Shown here: positions 17,172 through 25,146 of the stretch, in pieces | Position numbering within the stretch: the first letter of the stretch is position 1 | Layout of the letters: every line of letters begins with the position of its first letter | NCBI GenBank assembly: GCA_001001345.1 | Contig: LCKI01000003.1 | Coordinates: 4,614 to 68,613 of the forward strand | DNA length: 64,000 nt | DNA from: Parcubacteria group bacterium GW2011_GWC1_45_14 | GTDB taxonomy: Bacteria; Patescibacteriota; Minisyncoccia; Moranbacterales; GWC2-37-73 | Direction: 5' to 3' | The notes under the pieces: generated by a model | Told to the model about the DNA's origin: nothing | Seen by the model: only the letters and a program-made list of their open reading frames with translations | Databases searched by the model: none | Program-made: the position numbers and the translations under genes

Positions 17172-18119
17172 CTAGAACTTCATCATCGACTCTTCCCCGA
17201 TTTTTCGGAAAAATCCTTTGCCATAAGTCTTTTCTATCAACCGCGCGACCGGCAGAAGCCTTCCGGAAAAATACGCCTTCGCGAAAAAATCGAAAACCTC
17301 CTCGGCACTCTTGAATTTTTCAGGATTCTTTTCGTGGATATGTTCAAACATGGCCATGGCCTTTTCGTGCTCTTCTTCATAAGTTACCCTGGCAACAGGA
17401 TCAGGATCTCCTCCTTCTCCTTCGCGCATCCAAAGCACCGGAGGAAAAGGCTCATGCGCGCCATATCTCTTCTTCAATATCCAAACTTCATCCCTAAACA
17501 TCTCATGACTCTTCATGCGCGCATGGAAACGATTGGTCAATTCCGTAGTTACCGCCTCGTTTATATACCCGAAATACTGGTCCTTTTCATCCTTAGATGA
17601 GGAAATGGCCAACCCAGTGCGTTCAAATGATACATCTGCATAACCATCGCTCTTCCCACCTTCAAGCACGATCCTAGAAAAACCGAACAAGTGCATCAAC
17701 TCATGGAAGGCAGTTTCCGCCAATTCGGTCTTGGACGTTTTTCTATCCACCATGACAGCGACAACCTGTTTGAATGTAACGCAAACCCCTACCGCTTTTT
17801 CAAGTCGGACTTCCTTAAAAAAACCCGCGTCGACCAGCTTGATAAAATCCACCGAGGCCTTCGATTCTTTTTCCGCATATTTCCCCAAAAGAGCGTTGGC
17901 TTCTTCGACGACCAGTTCCAATATTTTCCGCTGTTCCGGGGTCTTCTTCATCTCGTGCCTTTCAATCATTTTGCTGATCCGCCCAAAATCATCCCGCACC
18001 TCGCGCTTTTCCCAATCAGCCTTGATGTTTTGGTATTTCTTTTCGGAAAGATTATCCGGTTTCCTTACGAAAGTGTTTCCCTCCTGCCCATTGGGCATCT
18101 TCAAAAAATTTCCTTCCAT
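17172..18119 (-). CDS. Hypothetical HExxH-motif protein; paralog of 13850..15034
   Basis: 'ETAFHELMHLFGF' and 'FSGRLLPVARLIEKTYGKGFFRKIGEE'. Confidence 0.5.
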   Translation of the reverse strand: MEGNFLKMPNGQEGNTFVRKPDNLSEKKYQNIKADWEKREVRDDFGRISKMIERHEMKKTPEQRKILELVVEEANALLGKYAEKESKASVDFIKLVDAGFFKEVRLEKAVGVCVTFKQVVAVMVDRKTSKTELAETAFHELMHLFGFSRIVLEGGKSDGYADVSFERTGLAISSSKDEKDQYFGYINEAVTTELTNRFHARMKSHEMFRDEVWILKKRYGAHEPFPPVLWMREGEGGDPDPVARVTYEEEHEKAMAMFEHIHEKNPEKFKSAEEVFDFFAKAYFSGRLLPVARLIEKTYGKGFFRKIGEESMMKF

Positions 18120-18316
18120 ATGACTAATTTTAATTTTAAACTACGTTCTTTTGCCCTTGGTTTCGATTACGAGTTTTTCTGCCTCAACCACCAAGCCTGC
18201 GACCGCAAGGATCAGGATAAGATTTAATGTGTTTATTAATTTATTTATTAATTTAATTAAATCCAGACGACACGATCTGACGGTCGTCTCAGGATGTGGG
18301 TTTTTTATTTTTATAA

Positions 18317-19816
18317 TCAAACTGATTTCAATACCTTCCAAATTTCAACCATGGCTAGGGTGTCGAGGTGGCAATAGTCTTTGAGTGCCTGTATCTTAAC
18401 ATTTTTATCCTCCTCGGAGTATTCTCCTGACACGATACGGTTCCAAGTGTCCGAAGCGGTGCCTCCTTCTTGGATATACAAATTCTTATATGAAAGATGG
18501 GGCACAAGGGCCGGCAAGACATATTTTATCGAAGCGCTTCCCTTGAATGCCGGATGGTCATACATTGTCGTTTTTCCATAAAATGGAATCATCAGGTCAA
18601 CGATGCGATCATTAACTTTTTGCATAAAATCATGATATTCCAGCAAGCGTTGCCCGATTTCCTCATTCCTGCTTTTTTCAAAGCTTTGATTCCAAACGAC
18701 CACACTTCCCTTTTTTGGAAGATGCACTTCCAACGCTTTGGTAAAATGCTCATCAGGGCACCCAGATCCCGTATAAATAAAATCGAAATGTTCCAATTCG
18801 CTCTCATGCGAATCAATCACATGCAGAGAAAACTGGAAAGTAATTTGCTGGTATGGTTTGTATCCGTCATATCTCGGCACGGCAGAAGGGTATGTTTCAT
18901 AATCAAGAAAAGACAATGGATATTTCCAATTTTGCAAAAATTCAACAATGCCTTTTTTATCGATATATTCCTTGCCTGATTGCGCTGTATCAACTTGTCT
19001 TCTTTGATTGTCAGACAACTTGAAATCTTCCGGAACATCTTTGATGCTGAAAATTCCACTATCAACCAATTCTGCTAGCTTTTTCTTGCTGGTGCCGATT
19101 CTTGAAATTTCATGAACCGAATATTCCGGAAGATCAGAATTTGAATACCACGAAGTCGTGCAATGTGAATTTTTACCTTTCAAAATACAGTCGCAGTGTC
19201 CCTTTGGTTCATTTTCATTGGACAGTAATTCATAGGCGCCTTCCATCTTGTTTTTCACATCCTCCAGTTTTTCATTCACCTTGTCGGTCAAATTTTCTAT
19301 CAAAAAGAGCTTTTTTAAATCAAGCTCTCCTCGGCGCACATATTCTTTGTTTAGTCTGATCAAATTCAAAGTTCCCACTTCAACACCCAGATCATTCAAA
19401 ACATTTTTCTGAAAAGCCATATCGATCAAATAGTCTTCGGCTTTCCTTCCGCCATTTTCTTCCGTGCTTGTCGAAGATTTTACTTCATACAAATCATAAA
19501 CGTTTTTTTCAGGATTAAAAACAAATATATCAGCTACGGCATAATATCTTTCCGTGGCAAAAACCGGCTGATAAATCACAGGGGTCCTGTTTTCCATGAG
19601 CTTTTTTGTGTATTCAGCGTCATCACGGGATTCGACGAGCACACCACCAGGGAAAAGACCGCGCGCAAGCTCATCGATCTGATTGCCGGTGTCGATAATA
19701 TTCTGCTCAAAAGAAGAAAGCGCTTTTTGCTTGTACACCTCGGGCCTGTGAATTTTAAGCCAAGCGTTTTTCGCACAATCGAGGCAGATCAGAAAATTTG
19801 TTTTTGATAATTTCAT
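18317..19816 (-). CDS. DUF2779-like nuclease with an N-terminal PD-(D/E)xK and a C-terminal DnaQ-like exonuclease
   Basis: 'YYAVADIFVFNPEKNVYDLYEVKSSTS' looks like a PD-(D/E)xK motif. 'LSFLDYETYPSAVP' is an Exo-I-like DEDD motif. Confidence 0.55.
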   Translation of the reverse strand: MKLSKTNFLICLDCAKNAWLKIHRPEVYKQKALSSFEQNIIDTGNQIDELARGLFPGGVLVESRDDAEYTKKLMENRTPVIYQPVFATERYYAVADIFVFNPEKNVYDLYEVKSSTSTEENGGRKAEDYLIDMAFQKNVLNDLGVEVGTLNLIRLNKEYVRRGELDLKKLFLIENLTDKVNEKLEDVKNKMEGAYELLSNENEPKGHCDCILKGKNSHCTTSWYSNSDLPEYSVHEISRIGTSKKKLAELVDSGIFSIKDVPEDFKLSDNQRRQVDTAQSGKEYIDKKGIVEFLQNWKYPLSFLDYETYPSAVPRYDGYKPYQQITFQFSLHVIDSHESELEHFDFIYTGSGCPDEHFTKALEVHLPKKGSVVVWNQSFEKSRNEEIGQRLLEYHDFMQKVNDRIVDLMIPFYGKTTMYDHPAFKGSASIKYVLPALVPHLSYKNLYIQEGGTASDTWNRIVSGEYSEEDKNVKIQALKDYCHLDTLAMVEIWKVLKSV

Positions 19817-19903
19817 ACAATATATTTCTTAACCTTCAGGGATTTGTTTCAGTTATTGATCATCACTAATTATATTTTTCTCTTACAAGACATTCTCACA
19901 TTC

Positions 19904-20284
19904 TCAAGAATGTGAGAATGTCTTCAGGAATTTTTGGATGGCTTGGCCATAGGGGGAAAGCTCGTGGACGACCAGGCGACCCATATTCCTTTTTCTCACG
20001 AGCCCGGCTTGTTCCAGGCGCAAGATATGGGCGGAGATGGTCTTGAGGTTGCACTTCAATATCGCGGAAACGGAATCCACGCTGATTCCCTTCTTCTCCG
20101 CGATCAGGAAAAGGATTTCGATCCTTCTGTGGTTCGCCACACCCTTAAGGTGCCGTTCCATCTGCTTGGAGGATTTTTCCTGGCGGACTTTTTCCTTGGG
20201 ATATTTTTTTCTTTTTATCGCAAGCATAAGTTTATACTCACATTTTACCCCCAAAACCCTCTCCGGACAACATTCTTTAGCCAT
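19904..20284 (-). CDS. ArsR/SmtB-family transcriptional regulator
   Basis: 'HRRIEILFLIAEKKGISVDSVSAILKCNLKTISAHILRLEQAGLV' is a wHTH signature. The true start is probably an internal Met. Confidence 0.65.
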   Translation of the reverse strand: MAKECCPERVLGVKCEYKLMLAIKRKKYPKEKVRQEKSSKQMERHLKGVANHRRIEILFLIAEKKGISVDSVSAILKCNLKTISAHILRLEQAGLVRKRNMGRLVVHELSPYGQAIQKFLKTFSHS

Positions 20285-20324
20285 TGACTTGTGGCTGTGG
20301 GATTATGAGGAGGATATAGAAAAG

Positions 20325-20489
20325 CTATTTCCAATCTTTAATTATGATTGTTTTGCCCTTGGTTTCGATGACAAGTTTCTGACGCTCGCGGATTTTTAGC
20401 GCGTCCACGATTTCAGCGGGGATGTTGATTGAGAGGCTGCGCTTCCCCTGCCTCGTCACCTTGCGCACGAATTTTTCTCCTTTTTTCAT
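20325..20489 (-). CDS. Small AbrB/MazE/SpoVT-family, antitoxin-like DNA-binding protein; absent from the ORF track because it is under 60 aa
   Basis: Translated by hand: MKKGEKFVRKVTRQGKRSLSINIPAEIVDALKIRERQKLVIETKGKTIIIKDWK, a looped-hinge helix pattern. Confidence 0.5.
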   Translation of the reverse strand: MKKGEKFVRKVTRQGKRSLSINIPAEIVDALKIRERQKLVIETKGKTIIIKDWK

Positions 20490-20545
20490 ACTCTCTTGTC
20501 ATTCCAGCCTTTAAGCCGGAATCTATATTAATTTTTTATTATAGT

Positions 20546-20573
20546 CATAATTCCACGGCCGTGGAATTATGAC
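20546..20573. repeat. Perfect 28-bp palindrome TCATAATTCCACGGCCGTGGAATTATGA
   Basis: Same family as 16252 and 17032. It lies in the region upstream of the AbrB-like and ArsR genes. Confidence 0.8.
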
Positions 20574-20610
20574 TATGTTGAAAATACAGGTGTTACGTAG
20601 CATGTTACGT

Positions 20611-20640
20611 AGCGCAAAAAGGTACCTGACCTTTTTCTTT
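20611..20640 (-). terminator. Terminator closing the four-gene RM operon
   Basis: aaaggtcaggtaccttt hairpin plus a T-run on the minus strand, directly after the 20641 stop. Confidence 0.5.
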
Positions 20641-21612
20641 TTAGTCATTGATATTCTTTATCAGCAGATCAATCCATGCATCCGTATAAATATAATCCTT
20701 ATGCGGTTCATCATATTGGCAATATTCTACTTTACAACTTTTTGAATTTGGCCTAACATTGTATTTTTTCCACATCTTGGTGTGCCAACTCATTGTCTTT
20801 TTTTGCTTTGTTCTTTCTTTAATAATTTCCAACACACTTGTTGGCTTATGCTTTCCTTGGTTTGCAACTTGAATATTTTTTTCTTTTATCCCTACAATAA
20901 ATTTCTCATATTTTTTCATTTCCTCACTATTGCTTTGATCAAACTTAACATACTCAACAGCAACATCAGATGAATTACGATGATTACCTAGCTTAGGAAT
21001 AAAAAAAGCTTTGAAAGAAAATTTTTGAGAATCTGAAATGTCAGCAGAAAGAGAATTTCTAAAAGTTTTAATAAAATCAATAATTTTTTCATCTTGTTTT
21101 GATTTTGGCAAGGTTTTTCTTTGTTCTGTAAATTGCAATGGTATGAAGAGATTTTCTACAATGGAATGCTTATCTCCAAACTCTTGCACTAGAAGCTCCT
21201 CAAAATTCAATAGCAATGACTGACATTCACCAGAAATCATAGGGTCTATTATTGGCATAAACCTATGTTCAATTTTATTTCTTATCTCATAAAAAAAGGA
21301 AATATTTTTTAAAACTGGACTATTTTCATCCTTATAGAATTCTGTTGCGGAGTCTAATAATCCCCAAGCCTTATTTTCTCCATTAATTTTTTTAAATCTT
21401 TTTGGATTTTTTTCGTCTAGATAAAAATATTTAACCCTTTGTTTTTCAAAAATAGCATGGAACAATGATGTCCAAGCTATGCACATTAAAACCACAAATC
21501 CACCGGCACGAAATGAAGTCTTCGGCTTATTATAAATATCCACACCCAACAAAGCTGACTCCTTTGCTTTTTCTAATAAATTTGAAACTTTTCCGGGTAA
21601 TCCTCTAGACAT
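20641..21612 (-). CDS. DUF3644-like protein, last gene of the RM operon
   Basis: N-terminus 'ALLGVDIYNKPKTSFRAGGFVVLMCIAWTSLFHAIFEK' resembles DUF3644, assigned from memory. Confidence 0.4.
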   Translation of the reverse strand: MSRGLPGKVSNLLEKAKESALLGVDIYNKPKTSFRAGGFVVLMCIAWTSLFHAIFEKQRVKYFYLDEKNPKRFKKINGENKAWGLLDSATEFYKDENSPVLKNISFFYEIRNKIEHRFMPIIDPMISGECQSLLLNFEELLVQEFGDKHSIVENLFIPLQFTEQRKTLPKSKQDEKIIDFIKTFRNSLSADISDSQKFSFKAFFIPKLGNHRNSSDVAVEYVKFDQSNSEEMKKYEKFIVGIKEKNIQVANQGKHKPTSVLEIIKERTKQKKTMSWHTKMWKKYNVRPNSKSCKVEYCQYDEPHKDYIYTDAWIDLLIKNIND

Positions 21613-21627
21613 ATATCAATATCCTAT

Positions 21628-22392
21628 TTATATTCTTTTCATTTGACTAATAATAGCGTTTGCAAGGTCACGTTTATCAATCAAAAAGTTATCCCATTTA
21701 TTTGCTTCATTTCTCTTTCTGCCCGCAACAAATCCAAACATTGCCTTTCCATTGTTGGAAATTTTATTTGCAAGTCGCACAAAGTCAGGACCTGGAACAA
21801 ACCAAAGATAATCCCAGAGATCACCTTCCTCCGTGTCAAAATAACAAAAAATTGTGGCCGTTGAGTAGTGATCATTAACACCAGAAGCCTTTGCTGTTGC
21901 AGTGAAAATCTCATCGGGATTATTACCAAAACGACTTTTGATCTGGATATACATCGTTTTCAAACTTCCTTTCTCCTTAACAATCAAATCAATTCCCTCA
22001 TCATCAGAAATTGGTTTATAACACGACAAGGTTGTATCGCCATATAAAATAACAAGCTCTGCAATTCGAGCCTCTGCGATATCTCCTTTTTGTTTCGTGG
22101 AAACATCTTTTGAAATGTTGTGAGTTTTATCTTCTTTTTGCGACTTTGATTTTACAGTTTCCCTGAATTCAGGATTCAATCCAAATGTCGAAGGTGCGGT
22201 CTTAATAAAACGAGATTTTTCTTTCTTTGAATTTGTATCAACAACAAGCTGAGCATTCATAGTGGCTTTTGGTGTTTTTCCTGCTGTTTTTAACCAACCC
22301 CTATCAAGAGCAACTTGTGTAATGTCGTTACTATGCAATGGCTTTCCAATTTCTTTTAATATTTGAAAAGCGATTTCTTTAAAAGAATTCAT
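21628..22392 (-). CDS. HARE-HTH domain fused to a PD-(D/E)xK restriction-endonuclease-like domain
   Basis: N-terminal 'EIAFQILKEIGKPLHSNDITQVALDRGWLKTAGKTPKATMNAQL' is a HARE-HTH. C-terminal 'DDEGIDLIVKEKGSLKTMYIQIKSR' is a D..(E)xK-type nuclease motif. Confidence 0.55.
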   Translation of the reverse strand: MNSFKEIAFQILKEIGKPLHSNDITQVALDRGWLKTAGKTPKATMNAQLVVDTNSKKEKSRFIKTAPSTFGLNPEFRETVKSKSQKEDKTHNISKDVSTKQKGDIAEARIAELVILYGDTTLSCYKPISDDEGIDLIVKEKGSLKTMYIQIKSRFGNNPDEIFTATAKASGVNDHYSTATIFCYFDTEEGDLWDYLWFVPGPDFVRLANKISNNGKAMFGFVAGRKRNEANKWDNFLIDKRDLANAIISQMKRI

Positions 22393-22404
22393 GCAATTTT
22401 ATTA

Positions 22405-25140
22405 TTAAAAAATATTTTTTCTAATGTTATACAAAGTTTTCAGCGAACCAATTATATTATCCCTATATTCTGAAATACCGAATGCATCAAAAACCACATC
22501 GTCAAATTCTTTCCTATCACTACTTCTTAACTCATCTAAAATTGGCAGAATTTCTCGATTTTTTAAGACAGCAAATTTTTTCTTTATATCGTCTTTTTGT
22601 TTGTCAGATAACAAATCAGAATTTAAAATTTGCAGACTATTTTTCATCCGAGTTGAACTCAAGTCAAGAGCCCCTAATCCTCTTCCAAATCCCAACGCTT
22701 CAATAAAGAAAATTCCTAAAACACTATTTAACAGTGCCTGCGATAAATCGATATCGATATCGATATTTTTAGCAGTAAATCTCGTCAAGCGCTGATTAAC
22801 GAAAGATCTTTTTTCAAGTTTGGCAACGAAAATTCTCTTATCAAAATTCATACTCGTGACTAAATCTGCCATTGTTGAATTATTCATTTCATACCAGAAA
22901 TATCCAGCCCTCTTTAAAGCATCCGGTAATAGCTTATCCCCACTAGTGTTAAATTCATGTTCGAATTTTCTGATCCAATTTAACGCTCCCGTGTGTCCAA
23001 GCTTTTGTAAATTTTCCAACGATTCAGAACAGCAAAATGATTCTGATTCAGCTTGCGTCACAAGCATATTTATATCTCTTGATGATTTTAAAACAGGCTG
23101 TAAATATTCCGCCTCAATGTTATGCCCAGACTCTGGATAAAACATCGCGTCCCATCCTCTTCTTTCTCCCCTGTTAATATCAAACAAATTACTAGCCAAA
23201 ATAAGTTTATTTTCTATATCTTTAAGCCATGAAACATCGCTAAATAATGCACTCCAATTTAACGTAAAGTCAGACAATTCTTTGGTTTTATATTTTCGAA
23301 TAATTACATGTTCACTTGAAAGGCCAGCCAACACATTTTCCAAAACTTCACCGACCTTTTGATTATCAGTTTCCTTCTGCAAATCAAAATCAATTGTTAT
23401 GAAATTAGTAACTTCATCCTCATTGATTTCATTTAATAAATTTCTTCTATTTAAAATTAGAATGGTAGTTACAACATCAGCATTATTAAACCACCTTCCC
23501 TTACCTGAAATTAATATGGACTCGATGTGATAAAACTTATTCAGAGCAACCTTGAAAGCTGAACCCCATTCTGTACCGAGCCAAGAATTAGAAGTGATAA
23601 TTCCCAGCCTGCCGCCTGTCTTTAATATTTTCCATAAATAAAAAGGTATATATGCATATAAATCACTTTTTGCTTTTAGACTTAAATTTTCACCTAAAAG
23701 ATTTTCAAAAATTTCCCTTGTATTTTCTTTTATATTTGGATTCAAAATCTCTAAATCTTCTTGCTGAATGAATGGCAAATTAGAAGCAATGTAATTAACG
23801 CCCTCATACTTTTTAACGACGGGCTTACCTGTGTAGGGGTCTTTGAATTCAATGTCTTGTCCAATGAAAACATTAGTGCAGTCTTCCTTGAAAATTTGAA
23901 TAATCTCTCCAATATTTACTGGCTCTGTTAATGCGATTGTCGCCATTTGAAGAGGAAAAGCAACCTTGTCACTAGAAAAAATAGTTTTTAATGAATCCTT
24001 AGAGCTTATCCCTGATTCTTTTTTAATATCGTACGCACATCTTGCGATGGTTCCAGTTCCACAGCATGGATCATGAAAGGTTAACTCCTTATTTAACATT
24101 ACTAGACCGGTTAACAACCGAGCCAAAAACATTGGTGTTGCATATTGACCGGCAATTTTTCTTTTTGAAGAATAGATAATATCTTGCAAAAGCTCCTGAA
24201 GGAGTTCTTGACCCACGGATGACAATTCAACATTATTTAATAAGACATTCAATTGGATAATCTCCGACCACGATTCATCTGTTAAATAGTTTTCACCGAG
24301 CTGTGGCTGAAAAATATTCCAAAAATTACATTCGGCAGATATTTCTTGAAAAATTATTTCAGCTTCTTCAACGGAAGTTTCATCCTTAATCAATTCTATT
24401 TTTTTGGCTGGATCAAAGAATGCAATAAGAATATGTGCAAATAGAATCTTGTTAATCCAATTTATCAATATTATTTTAGATAGGATTTCCCATTGATTTT
24501 GTTGCGGATAGTCAAGCTTCGCAACTCGCCACCAAATGTTCGCTTCAGCTGAAAATCGCGCATCTTTCGTGGCCGCTTTTTTTAAATTCTCCGCAACGCC
24601 TGTATCATTTCTTAAAATAAAGTCTACTATCTCACTATCCTTAAAGGACTCTATGAATGTTTTTTTCTCGATAAAACCACTTTCAAAAAAAGCATTAAGA
24701 TCCTTTAATATTTCTTGAAGTAACTTTTTCCATTCATCCTTAAATTCATCAACCTTATCTCTTGTTGTAATTGATTTCTTTAAACTATCCCAAAGTTTAG
24801 CTGGTTCAAATTCGTTGTCCTTTTTTACATACAAAACAGCAACTCCCACATTCCAAAGCAAGAAACTATTCAAGCCCAATATATTTGCCTTTAAAATTGC
24901 GTTCTTAATAAACTCTTCATCTGTAACCAACGTGTCAGGCATCTTTAACTCCCAACCCATTAAAATTTCACTATTACGTCCATACAAAAGAACATCAGGA
25001 AATAGTCTCTTTTTTCCAGTATTTATTGTTGTTTCTCCACCAGCCCTGTCAATTGTCTTATTTTTTGCTGAAGAATATGCATTAATCTCCGAAATGAGAT
25101 CAATTGCCCAACTTCTTTCATTGTAAGAAGTTTTTGCCAT
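22405..25140 (-). CDS. Type IIG (MmeI-like) restriction-modification enzyme: PD-ExK endonuclease, gamma-class N6-adenine MTase and TRD
   Basis: 911 aa (MmeI is 919 aa). N-terminal 'FPDVLLYGRNSEILMGWELK' is a D-ExK motif. MTase motif I is 'HDPCCGTGTI' and motif IV is 'SNLPF'. A long C-terminal target-recognition region follows. Confidence 0.75.
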   Translation of the reverse strand: MAKTSYNERSWAIDLISEINAYSSAKNKTIDRAGGETTINTGKKRLFPDVLLYGRNSEILMGWELKMPDTLVTDEEFIKNAILKANILGLNSFLLWNVGVAVLYVKKDNEFEPAKLWDSLKKSITTRDKVDEFKDEWKKLLQEILKDLNAFFESGFIEKKTFIESFKDSEIVDFILRNDTGVAENLKKAATKDARFSAEANIWWRVAKLDYPQQNQWEILSKIILINWINKILFAHILIAFFDPAKKIELIKDETSVEEAEIIFQEISAECNFWNIFQPQLGENYLTDESWSEIIQLNVLLNNVELSSVGQELLQELLQDIIYSSKRKIAGQYATPMFLARLLTGLVMLNKELTFHDPCCGTGTIARCAYDIKKESGISSKDSLKTIFSSDKVAFPLQMATIALTEPVNIGEIIQIFKEDCTNVFIGQDIEFKDPYTGKPVVKKYEGVNYIASNLPFIQQEDLEILNPNIKENTREIFENLLGENLSLKAKSDLYAYIPFYLWKILKTGGRLGIITSNSWLGTEWGSAFKVALNKFYHIESILISGKGRWFNNADVVTTILILNRRNLLNEINEDEVTNFITIDFDLQKETDNQKVGEVLENVLAGLSSEHVIIRKYKTKELSDFTLNWSALFSDVSWLKDIENKLILASNLFDINRGERRGWDAMFYPESGHNIEAEYLQPVLKSSRDINMLVTQAESESFCCSESLENLQKLGHTGALNWIRKFEHEFNTSGDKLLPDALKRAGYFWYEMNNSTMADLVTSMNFDKRIFVAKLEKRSFVNQRLTRFTAKNIDIDIDLSQALLNSVLGIFFIEALGFGRGLGALDLSSTRMKNSLQILNSDLLSDKQKDDIKKKFAVLKNREILPILDELRSSDRKEFDDVVFDAFGISEYRDNIIGSLKTLYNIRKNIF

Positions 25141-25146
25141 ACTGAT

